NCBI RefSeq assembly: GCF_006345805.1
Contig: NC_043001.1
Span: 127,720,001 to 127,784,000 of the forward strand
Source: Octopus sinensis
Taxonomy: Eukaryota
DNA length: 64,000 nt
Direction of reading: 5' to 3'
Below are positions 37,357 through 48,556 of the stretch, piece after piece. Positions within the stretch are counted from its first letter, which is position 1. The number at the start of each line of letters is the position of its first letter. The position numbers and the translations under genes are program-made. The notes beneath the pieces were generated by a model. That model was not told the origin of the DNA. It was given only the letters and a program-made list of their open reading frames with translations, and searched no databases.

Positions 37357-37711
37357 CAGTGAGTTGTAATGTGGGAGTCATTGAAAGAGAAATCCAAAAT
37401 TCTATTTGTTATGAGTACATCATCAAACAACATCTCAATGAAGCAGTTGGCCTGATTACAACTCCATGGGAAAAGACAACTGATCACAAACAATAGCAGA
37501 AGTGTAAATAGAATAAATGTTGCAGAGTCAAATTGGGTGAAACAATAAGAAAAGAGGGAAGAGAGAAGAAGAAAAGAGAGAAGAGGCCAGAAGGCTGAAG
37601 AAAGATCTTCTACACTACAATGACCAATAGTATTCTGCATAGTGTTTATGCACGACCTAAATGAATGTTACTACTGCCCAGGTGGTGTTTGTATATGTAT
37701 ATATATGTATA

Positions 37712-38013
37712 CTAGCAGTATCGCCCGGCGTTGCTCGGGTTTGTAAGGGAAATAACTATATAAGCATTTTTAGAGAGTTACTTCCCTTATATAATAGCAA
37801 AAATGCATAAAAATGGGAAAAAATGATGGTAAATTTTTTTTTTTTAATCGTAGACTCATCGTAGACGCGCGCTAATACCCAGAAGGGCTCGATATGAATC
37901 ACGACTATAAGATACCCGGTTTTGGTTAAACTGCACCGCAAAATGTGGGAGTTGTTAGGAATCTATATCGTAGGAGACAGACACTCACACAACTTCACTT
38001 TTATATATTAAGA
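37712..38013 (-). mobile_element. Non-autonomous Helitron-like element (302 bp)
   Basis: - strand starts A|TCTTAATATATAAAAG and ends with a cccgagcaacgccggg hairpin plus CTAG|T; no TSD. Confidence 0.8.
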
Positions 38014-38071
38014 TATATCAGAAATATTAAATTTCTAAATATCTCATAGAGATATGTACGGTGGTGGGGCG

Positions 38072-38446
38072 ATAGAATGGTTGTATACTGTCAATCTAAC
38101 GTGAACGTGACAGTAGGGGATTACACCACCGCTGTTTAGCCCTAGGAAGCATCGACGCTTCCTGATGGCTTCAACACATTCTTTTTCCTGTATCCTTATA
38201 TATTTCTTAAAAAACGAAAAAATAGATTACTCTTTACTTGCTCTTTTACTTGTTTCAGTCATTTGACTGCGACCATGCTGGAGCACTGCCTTTAGTCGAG
38301 CAAATCGACCCCGGGACTTATTCTTTGTAAGCCCAGTACTTATTCTATCGGTCTCTTATGCCGAACTGCTAAGTGACGGGGACGTAAACACACCAGCATC
38401 GGTTGTCAAGCAATGCTAGGAGGACAAACACACACACACAAACACA

Positions 38447-38519
<73 letters not shown>

Positions 38520-38827
38520 ATATATGACAGGCTTCTTTCAGTTTCCATCTACCAAATCCACTCACAAGGCATTGGTCGGCCTGGGGCTATAGAAGAAGAC
38601 ACTTGCCCAAGATGCCACGCAGTGGGACTGAATCTGGAACCATGTGGTTGGTTAGCAGGCTACTTACCACACAGCCACTCCTGCGCCTATGCATATTATA
38701 TAAGGACACAGGAAAAAAAATGTGTTGAAGCCATCAGGAAGCGTCGATGCTTCCTAGGGCTAAACAGCGGTGGTGTAATCCCCTACTGTCACGTTCACAT
38801 TAGATTGACAGTATACAACCATTCTAT
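38072..38827. repeat. Foldback: 131-bp inverted arms with a family 1 SINE (38228-38688, -) in the loop
   Basis: 38072-38202 is the reverse complement of 38697-38827 with about 3 differences. Confidence 0.9.
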
Positions 38828-39029
38828 GTATATATATATATATATATACCCACACACATGCACATACAGTCATGTGCACGTGCACACACGCACACACACA
38901 CACAGTATTCTGTAATACCAGTATTTTTGGCTATATAAGTAGGTTTGCTTTCAATTTCACAGAAGAACAAAATATTATTTATGATGTTCACCTACCATAT
39001 TATGAAAAAATAAGAATACACACACACAC

Positions 39030-39084
<55 letters not shown>

Positions 39085-39325
39085 TGTATGTATGTATGTA
39101 TGTATGTATGATTTTTTTGATTTTTCCAGTTTCAGCTCATGAGCTGTGGCCATATATCATAATAATAATATATATAGCTGGAATTTACAGAAAAACAAAA
39201 GACAAAGATGGGTGTATAAACAACAAACAGGTGTATTAGCTTAACACTTGGGAAGGTGAGAAAGACTTTTACATTTTGAGCCTACGCTCTTCAACAGAAA
39301 GGAACACAAAGAAATAAACAGAGAG

Positions 39326-39623
39326 TAATAATATATATATACTTAGATTTAAAGCAACATATATATATAAACAATTGACTGAAAAATGATGAGCTAACCC
39401 AGGCCAGAATCTTACCCACAAATCAACACTTACATGGACTGTTAAAGTATATATTCATAAAATTTAGCTGAAATTGATGAGTGAGTGTTTGGCCCAATTA
39501 GATGCACAAGGAGCCATGTAAGCATTGATTTGTGGGTTTGATTCTGGCCTGTGTTAGCTCATCATTTTTCAGTCAATGGTTTATATATAAATGTCACTTT
39601 AAATCAGAGTATATATATTATTA
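39326..39623. repeat. Foldback: about 112-bp inverted arms, 71-bp spacer
   Basis: 39326-39440 is approximately the reverse complement of 39512-39623 (about 90%). Confidence 0.88.
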
Positions 39624-39711
39624 TGATATATTATTATACAGTTATTATTTGTGCTAATGGACTTCCATAGTTGTTCTATTTCCGTAACTTACAAAGCCTT
39701 CTAGTTTGTTT

Positions 39712-39757
<46 letters not shown>

Positions 39758-40339
39758 AATTAACAAATGAAATAAAACATATGCATATATACATACATAT
39801 ATGTACGTACCTACCTCTACATGTATATATACGTGCATATATGGGTACAGGACACAAAAACAAAACGTCGAACGCAATGAGAAATGAAAACAAACACAAA
39901 ACCAAGGAAATAGACATTTTTCTTAAAAAACGTAAAGATAGATATGCATATACTTTGAATTATAAAAGGCAGCTAAAGCATAGAAGATGGAAAGAAGAGA
40001 GGAGAAGAAAAGGGAAGTATGACAACTGTGAGGAATATTAGTAAAGTAACTGAAACCATTCCTACTGAGAATTGAAACAAGGTCACTGGATCATTTACAG
40101 ATTTTAATTGCTAAACAGAATTATGTACACACATGTACATCTCTATATACATTATATATAGAAATATAGACATATAGTAAAAATTTTGCAGTACGCAACT
40201 TGTTATTCTCTTCAAGTGAACATTTTTCCAGTTGAAATACACTGAAAAATGGTGACACAGCAGTCAAAAATCCTAAAAAATAGGGATTTTTATAGAAAAA
40301 AAGAATCTTTTTGATGTAAATAATTTTTGGTGTTAACAT

Positions 40340-41178
40340 GGTCCTATTTGAATTTTATCTTCTACAAAATGAAGAGCAAGCCTTCTTCTATCATACTCTC
40401 GATTTTGGTCAACTTGCGCTGCAGGGTCTCGAAGGAGATAGTGTTAGTTGAAGGCTACCAAACCTACCACACACAGACAACTTCATTTTACATATATAGA
40501 TTTGCTACACACTACTTTCCATCTTTAATAATGAAACTTGGTAGATCCAAAAGTTAAACACACAGACAGATACACAAGTTGAGTTTTATATATATAGATT
40601 TCTCAATGGGGATTTCAGGGGAGAGTTTCAAGGAGTCGCTGGCGATGTATCGTGATGATCAAAAATCCGGCCTGCTAAAATTTGGTTAAAGTGATTCAAA
40701 CTGCAGACTCAACGCAAAATGGTCATATTTAATTCAAAACATTAAAAATGTTATGAAAACAATTGGTATGTGTTCACAAAGTCCAAACGAATAATACGAA
40801 AAAACCCTCCAGGCTACATCCCAAAAATTCATTTCTTTGCCGAATTTCTACAATGTTTACGGCAATTCGTTTTTATTTTTCATGCAATTTACGCATGCTT
40901 GCATGCGTGGTGAACACAGTTCACGTCAAACAGCTGACTGAGTAAAGTTCACTATTCAATGCATGCGATAAGGCCTAAACAAACACATTATCGATTTTTG
41001 TACTTGCAAGATGGATTTCAGAACAGAAATAGCGCAGTTCAATTTTCATTCGCCTAAACTTTAAGTGACCCATTTTTGGTGGTTCTACGATTTGTTGGCT
41101 AGGAGGAGATATGCCGGGAAGTTAAACACACAGAGATATACACACAGACACACAAGTTGAGTTTTATATATATATAGA
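40340..41178 (-). mobile_element. Helitron-like relic with three stacked 5'-TC termini
   Basis: A|TCTATATAT..AAAA(T/C) ends at 40500, 40598 and 41178. No CTAG 3' end found. Confidence 0.55.
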
Positions 41179-41200
41179 TATATATGTATGTGTATATATA

Positions 41201-43273
41201 TCATCATCATCATCATCATCATCGTTTAGCGTCCGCTTTCCATGCTAGCATGGGTTGGACGGGTCAACTGGGGTCTGTGAAGCTGGAAGGCTTCGTCAGG
41301 CCCAGTCAGATCTGGCAGTGTTTCTACGGCTGGATGCCCTTCCTAACGCCAACCACTCCGCGAGTGTAGTGGGTGTTTTTTACGTGCCACCTGCACAGGT
41401 GCCAGACAGAGCTGGCGAACGGCCACGAACGGATGGTGCTTTTACGTGTCACCGGCACGGGGCCAGGCAATGCTGGCAACGGACACGAACGGATGGTGCT
41501 TTTACGTGCCACTGACACGGGGCCAGACAGAGCTGGCAACCGGCTACGAACGGACAGTGCTTTTACGTGTCACCGGCACGGGGGCCAGCCGAGGCTGGCA
41601 ACGGACACGAACGGATGGTGCTTTTACGTGCCACAGACACGGGGCCAGACAGAGCTGGCAAACGGCCACGAACGGACGGTGCTTTTACGTGTCACCGGCA
41701 CGGGGCCAGGTGAGGCTGGCAACGAACACGAACGGATCGACACGGGGCCAGGCAGAGCTGGCAAACGGCCACGAGCGAATGGTGCTTTTACGTATCACCG
41801 GCACGGGTGCCAGACGAGGCTGACAGCGGACACGAGCGGATGGGTCACTTAACCCCTGCTTTCTGATATATGATTTGATTTTGATTGTTCTCACTGGTCT
41901 TGCCGGGTCTTCTCACGCACAGCATACTTCCATAGGTCTCGGTCTCTGGTCATTTCCTTGGTGAGACCTAGAGTTCGAAGGTCGTGCTTCACCACCTCGA
42001 CCCAGGTTTTCCTGGGTCTACCTCTTCCACAGGTCCCCTCAACTGCCAGGGTGTGGCACTTTTTCACACACCTATCTTCATCCATTCTCACCACATGACC
42101 ATACCAGCGCAATCGTCTCTCTTGCACACAACATCTGATTCCTCTTAGATCCAACTTTTCTCTCAAGGTACTTACACTCTGTCGACTATGAACACTGACA
42201 TTACACATCCAACGGAGCATACTAGCTTCATTTCTCGCGAGCTTACACATGTCCTCAGCAGTCACGGCCCATGTTTCACTGCCATGTAGCATGGCTGTTC
42301 GTACACATGCATCATACAGTCTGCCTTTTACTCTGAGCGAGAGGCCTTTAGTCACCAACAGAGGTAAGAGCTCCCTAAACTTTGCCCAGGCTATTCTTAC
42401 TCTAGCCGTTACACTTTCAGCACACCCACCCCCACTACTGACTTGGTCACCAATATAACGGAAGCTATCAACTACTTCTAGTTTTTCCCCCTGGAAAGTG
42501 ACGGAAGTTGTTTTCTGCAGATTTTCAGAGGTTAATGCTCCCGAGCATCTGCCACATACAAAAACCATCTTCCTACTTAGCCTTCCTATGACATTGCTGC
42601 ACCTCTTATGTGTCCATAGCTTACACTTGGTGCATCTTATAGAGTTTCTACCTACACCTTTTCTACAGATGAGCAGGGCCATCTACCTGAAGGCGTTTGT
42701 GATTTGTCTACCTTCTACTTATTAGGACTTTGGTTTTAGCTAGGTTGACTCTAAGGCCCTTCGATTCTAAACCATGCTTCCACACCTGAAACTTCTTCTC
42801 CAGTTCTGATAATGACTCAGCAATTAGAGCAAGGTCATCAGCATAGAGGAGCTCCCAGGGGCATCCTGTCTTGAATTCCTCCGTTATTGCCTGGAGGACT
42901 ATGATAAATAGGAGGGGGCTGAGGACTGAGCCTTTGTGGACCCCTACCTCTACCCGGAATTCTTCACCGTACTCATTTCCAACCCTCACCTTACTAGCAG
43001 CGTCCCTGTACATGGCTTGCACAGCTCTCACTAACCATTCATCTATTCCTAGTTTCCTCATTGACCACCATATGAGGGATCGGGGGACCTGTCGAAGGCT
43101 TTCTCCATGTCAACAAAAGCCAGGTACAGAGCCTTATCTTTGGCTAGGTATTTCTCCTGCAGCTGCCTCACCAGGAATATAGCATCAGTGGTACTTTTCC
43201 CTGGCACGAAACCAAACTGCATCTCATCTAAACTAACTCTCTCTCTAATTAGTTGGCTTATGACCCTCTCTGT

Positions 43274-43275
<2 letters not shown>
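41201..43275 (-). mobile_element. Young 5'-truncated RTE LINE (RT C-half, 3'-UTR VNTR, (GAT)n tail)
   Basis: ORFs 41891-42682 and 42708-43061 (ELLYADDL, zinc-finger-like CSICRK/CTKCKLWTHKRC); frameshifts near 42670 and 43087. Confidence 0.92.
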
Positions 43276-43347
<72 letters not shown>

Positions 43348-43868
43348 GTGCGTGTATATATGTGTATATATACATACATACATACATACATACACATCAC
43401 ATCATCCATTGTTTAACATCTGCTTTCCATACTGGCATGGGTTGGATAGGACATGGAGCTGACTAGCAGGGAGCTGTCCAGACTTCAACTATCTATTGTG
43501 GAATGGTTTCTACAGATGGATGCCCTTCCTAATGCCAACCACTTAACAGAGTGTGTTGGGTGCTTTTTACATGCCACTGGCAGAGGTGTATTTACACATC
43601 ACTGGTAGAGGTGTGTTAATGTAGCACTGGGACGAGTGATTTTTATGTGGCACCAGCAACTGAAAGGACAAGCCCATATGAGTGGAAGACAGCAATTTTA
43701 CTTATGTTGATGTGTCTTATCAAGTACATTAAATCACCACATCTCACAGCCTGTTGTTATTTCCTGAGTGAGGCCCTGCATCCAAAGATCCTTCCTCACC
43801 ACATGTATGTGTGTGTGTATGTGTGTGTGTGCGTGTATGTAGATATATACATACATACATATATGTAT

Positions 43869-43989
43869 ATATACTTTATTTAAAAGCAGCAGAAATTCAC
43901 ATTCCCGTTCGTCGGGTCAGACGAACAGGAACGTGAAACTCGGAGTAACAGGTTTTGTTGAATTTCTGCTGCTTTTAAATAAAGCATAT
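43869..43989. repeat. 26-31-bp inverted repeat enclosing a hammerhead relic
   Basis: 43874-43899 is the perfect reverse complement of 43959-43984. The + strand reads CAGACGA-ACAGGAACGT-GAAA-CTCGGAG-TA-ACAGG. Confidence 0.75.
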
Positions 43990-44053
43990 TACTCTACCCC
44001 TGGTATTTGAGTACTCTTTTTCCACCTTGTTTCACATTTATGTGTTTACTCCA

Positions 44054-44096
<43 letters not shown>

Positions 44097-44168
44097 TATA
44101 TACCATTTGTAGAAAACTTAACTCCTGAGATGCACACTCTAAGATGGAGAGCAGTTTATATTTTAATA

Positions 44169-44204
<36 letters not shown>

Positions 44205-44610
44205 TCATCATCATCATCATTTAACATCCGTTGTCCATGCTGTCATGGGTTGGATAGTTTGACCAGAGCTGGCAAGCTGAGGGACTGCACCAGACTCCAG
44301 TCTGATTTGGCTTGGTTTCCACAGCTGGATGCCCTTCCTAATGCCAACCACTTTACAGAGTGTACAGAGTGCTTTTACACAGCATCGCATGGGTACTTTT
44401 ACATGGCACCACATAGGTGCCTTTACATAGCACTGCACAGGAATTTTTATTTGGCATCACATTGTTGCTTTTACATGGTACTGCACAGACACTTTTATGT
44501 GGCACTGCGCAAGTGCTTTTATGTGACACTGCATGAGCACTTTTACATAGCACAGCACAAATGCTTTTATGAGAGACCACACAGGCACTTTTACATAACA
44601 CCATATACTA
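44205..44610 (-). mobile_element. Older RTE 3' end with about 22-bp tandem array
   Basis: (CAT)n tail plus repeated gtgcttttacatggcactgcacag-like units. Confidence 0.75.
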
Positions 44611-45009
44611 TAAATTCCCTCGACAAGTGCAACACCCTTTAGAAATAGAATCTTAAAGGATAACAACTCCAAAACAATGGGAATATGAAATGCAAAAGGT
44701 CCTCAATAAAAGACACAGGTGCAGGCATGACTGTGCAGTTAAGAAGGTCATTTTGCAGCTGTGTTGTTTTGTGTTTCTACCACACTAGGCATCATCAGCA
44801 CAGCAGTTGTCCAAAGGTAACTCTAGCTGATGTGAGACATAAACAAAAAGTGCAAAAAACATTTATGGACTAGGGTAACTTGGATAATTTAAATAAAAAT
44901 GGGTAGAGTGGCCAAAAGCATGAATGTGGTTATACAAATGAATAAAACTTATCTTAAATATCATACAAAATGAATTTTTAATTTACTTAAATTATTTCCC
45001 CTCATATAT

Positions 45010-45205
45010 ATATATATATAGGGAGAGTTCATGAAAAAAACAAAAGACGAAGACAGGTGGTGTACAAAACAAACAGATATATTAGTATAATGCTCAGGAA
45101 TAGAAAAAGTCTTTTACATTTCGAGCCTACGCTCTTCTACAGAAAGGGACGCAGAAAAAACAAGGAGGGAAAAAAATGTGTAGTGATTACAACCTATCAT
45201 GGCAT
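45010..45205 (-). mobile_element. Short hammerhead-bearing element in (TA)n (Penelope terminal-repeat-like)
   Basis: - strand reads CTTT CTGTAGA A GAGC-GTAG-GCTC GAAA TG TA AAAG (45146-45111). Related to 39180-39325 and 35480-35700. Confidence 0.6.
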
Positions 45206-45714
45206 CTTAGACCATATCACTTGCTTGACAAGTGTACCTCTAATATATATATATATATATATATAGAATAAACCTTTACATATATAAATAACGTGAAATA
45301 CACGAAGGGACGAACATAAGAGACAGACGGGTCATATTGGAGGTACACTTGTCAGGCAAGTGATATGGTCTAGGACAATGTACTGAAACAAAATCGGTCA
45401 TAGTGTGGAAGACACATATTTGCCATTCAAAAACACACAAAGGCTGTTAACCTCACTTAAACATTTATTTATTTGGTATCGAAATTTTCATTGCACAAAC
45501 TGCCACTTGACAAGATTACACTGTGTAATCTTGTCAGTGACTAGGCAGCTGTTCAGGAGGCAAACATTTTCACACAAAATAACAAATAATCATTGATTAA
45601 GTGAAGCCAACAGTCTTTGGTGTTTTTAAATGGCTAGTATATGCATATATATATATGTATATATATATGTTATATTTCGGAGTGGTCATATGAATATATA
45701 TATATATAGATATA

Positions 45715-46116
45715 CTCTTACTCTTTTACTTGTTTCAGTCATTTGACTGCAGCCATGCTGGAGCACCGCCTTTAATTGAGCAACTCGACCCCGGGACTTA
45801 TTCTTTTGTAAGCCCAGTACTTATTCTATCGGTCTCTTTTGCCGAACCGCTAAGTGACGGGGACGCAAACACACCAACATCGATTGTCTAGCAATGCTAG
45901 GGGGACAAACACAGACACGCAAACATATATACACACATACATATACATATATACGACAGGCTTCTTTCAGTTTCCGTCTACCAAATCCACTCACAAGGCA
46001 TTGGTCAGCCCGGGGCTATAGCAGAAGACACTTGCCCAAGATGCCACGCAGTGGGACTGAACCCGGAACCATGTGGTTGGTAAGCAAGCTACTTACCACA
46101 CAGCCACTCCTGCGCC
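45715..46116 (-). mobile_element. SINE family 1
   Basis: Reverse complement of the consensus. Confidence 0.85.
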
Positions 46117-46195
46117 TATATTTGTATATATATATATATATATATATACGCACGCACGCACGCACACACGCACACACACACACACACACACATAC

Positions 46196-46255
<60 letters not shown>

Positions 46256-47001
46256 CACCCATGCCAGCATGGAAAACGGACGTTAAACGATGATGATGAT
46301 GATATATATATATATATATATATTGTTATATTTCGGAATGGTCATATTGCCAGTTTAGCCAATAAAAACACACGCACTATATATTTGCTGTTATTTTGCT
46401 TCAGTGTTATTTATTTTTTACATTAATCTTAATCTTATTTCAGCCAGAGTTCTTTCGTCACACTCCTGTGACCGCATCAGTGGTCCTTTGTTTTCTTCTT
46501 TCTTATTTGTGTCTCTCCTTACTAACCGTCAGCCATTTTGTATTTCTATTGTATGTCTTCATTTGCGCATGCTTATATCTCTATTTGCATCTATGTTTAT
46601 TTAGTGTATGTGTATGTGGGGTATGCCTGTAATATTTGTATCTTCTGTTTATATATGTTCATGTAATTTGTATTTTGTTTTTGTTGTTTTTGTTTATTCT
46701 TATTTTGTTCATGTGTTTACATCCACTTATTACTATCATTACATATGCTTGTATGTATGTATGTATAACAACAATACTAGTAATAATAATAATAAATCGA
46801 ATCGAAAAAAAAAATGTATATATATATGTATATTTATATATATATATATACATATAGTTATTTATTTCTATTAGTTTATTTATCTCTGTATTTATTATGT
46901 TTTCAGGATCCTCTATCGTCATATGTTGTGGTGTGTGTTAGTGCTCCATTCTAGTTTTCTATCCAGGCTAGGTTTATTTTTTTTATTTTTTTTATTTTCT
47001 A

Positions 47002-47322
47002 TTATAACAAGTGTGAGAATTTTATGCTGTTAAAGATTACAAGAAAAAAAAAAAAGTAGCATTGCAATATTGTTTTCTTCAAAGAGGAATAAGCGTAACT
47101 GTGGAGTTATGCATGCATGTGAGTGTGTATGAAATGAGCTTCCACCCCATATCTGCCTGCCAAAATTCACTCACAAGGTATTGGTCAAGCGCACAGTTGT
47201 GAACTGAAGTTCTTAATTCCACAGTTACGCTTATTCCTCTTTGAAGAAAACAATATTGCAATGCTACTTATTTTTTTTTTTTTGTAATCTTTAACAGCAT
47301 AAAATTCTCACACTTGTTATAA
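47002..47322. repeat. Foldback: 108-bp near-perfect inverted arms around a 104-bp spacer
   Basis: 47002-47109 is the reverse complement of 47214-47322. Confidence 0.92.
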
Positions 47323-47569
47323 ATCCTAGACTTCTTATAGTCTTTCATGGAGACCACATATCTATGACATTTCGTAAAGTACAGTCTAAAGTCTACACTT
47401 CTTATCCAGAAATTACTTCAGCTTGATCTATTTCTGATCCTCAATAAAGCACAAATATACTTCATACTAAAGTACTGTTCACATATCTTGGGAGATGCTG
47501 TTGTTGCTACAGACACAACAGTCTAAACTGCATTCCAGCTTATTACAATATATATATATATATATATAT

Positions 47570-47969
47570 ACTCTCTTTTACTCCTTTACTTGTTTCAGTC
47601 ATTTGACTGTGGCCATGCTGGAGCACTGCCTTTAGTCGAGCAAATCGACCCCAGGACTTATTCTTTGTAAGCCCAGTACTTATTCAATCGGTCTCTTTTA
47701 CCGAACTGCTAAGTTATGGGGGCGTAAACACACCAGCATCGGTTGTCAAGCGTTGCTGGGGGGACAAACACAGACACACAAACACACACATATATATACA
47801 TATATACGATGGGCTTCTTTCAGTTTCCGTCTACCAAATCCACTCACATGGCTTTGGTCAACCCGAGGCTATAGTAGAAGACACTTGCCCAAGGTGCCAC
47901 GCGATGGGACTGAACCTGGAACCATGTGGTTGGTAAGCAAGCTACTTACCACACAGCCACTGCTACGCC
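47570..47969 (-). mobile_element. SINE family 1
   Basis: Reverse complement of the consensus. Confidence 0.85.
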
Positions 47970-48037
47970 TTATATATATATATATAGGCATAATTAAATC
48001 TCAGAATGAGATTGAAACAGTAATCGCTCGATAATAT

Positions 48038-48355
48038 AAAGTATAGAAGCCATCTTATCATGGCTAACCACATTGGGGAGGGGGTGTTACTGTAGCTTTA
48101 TAGCCCCAAGAGATCTTTGTCTCAAGCTGGCTTTAGACACAATATCTGTGTCCTTGGAGTATTTGCAAAGGGAGGCCATCCCTTCCTCATATCACTCAGG
48201 CTTGTGAGGAAGGGATGGCCTCCCTTTGCAAATACTCCAAGGACACAGATATTGTGTCTAAAGCCAGCTTGAGACGAAGATCTCTTGGGGCTATAAAGCT
48301 ACAGTAACACCCCCTCCCCAATGTGGTTAGCCATGATAAGATGGCTTCTATACTT
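48038..48355. repeat. Near-perfect 151-bp palindrome with a 15-nt loop
   Basis: 48038-48189 is the reverse complement of 48205-48355 (1 mismatch, 1 indel). Confidence 0.95.
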
Positions 48356-48414
<59 letters not shown>

Positions 48415-48556
48415 TTCAAACATGTATTTCTTGATATACCGCAAATATATATTACTTGATATACTACAGATATACTACAAGTACTGTATTTCTTGCTTCA
48501 GTCTCTTATACAAATGCTATAAGGGCTATTTCATGTGAACCAGCTGTAATCATCTA

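Noticed and set aside
38110-38200. Assignment of the C/H shared motif to pistol, twister or HDV ribozymes
   Set aside because: Required conserved nucleotides and topologies could not be matched by eye; kept only as an unknown structure.
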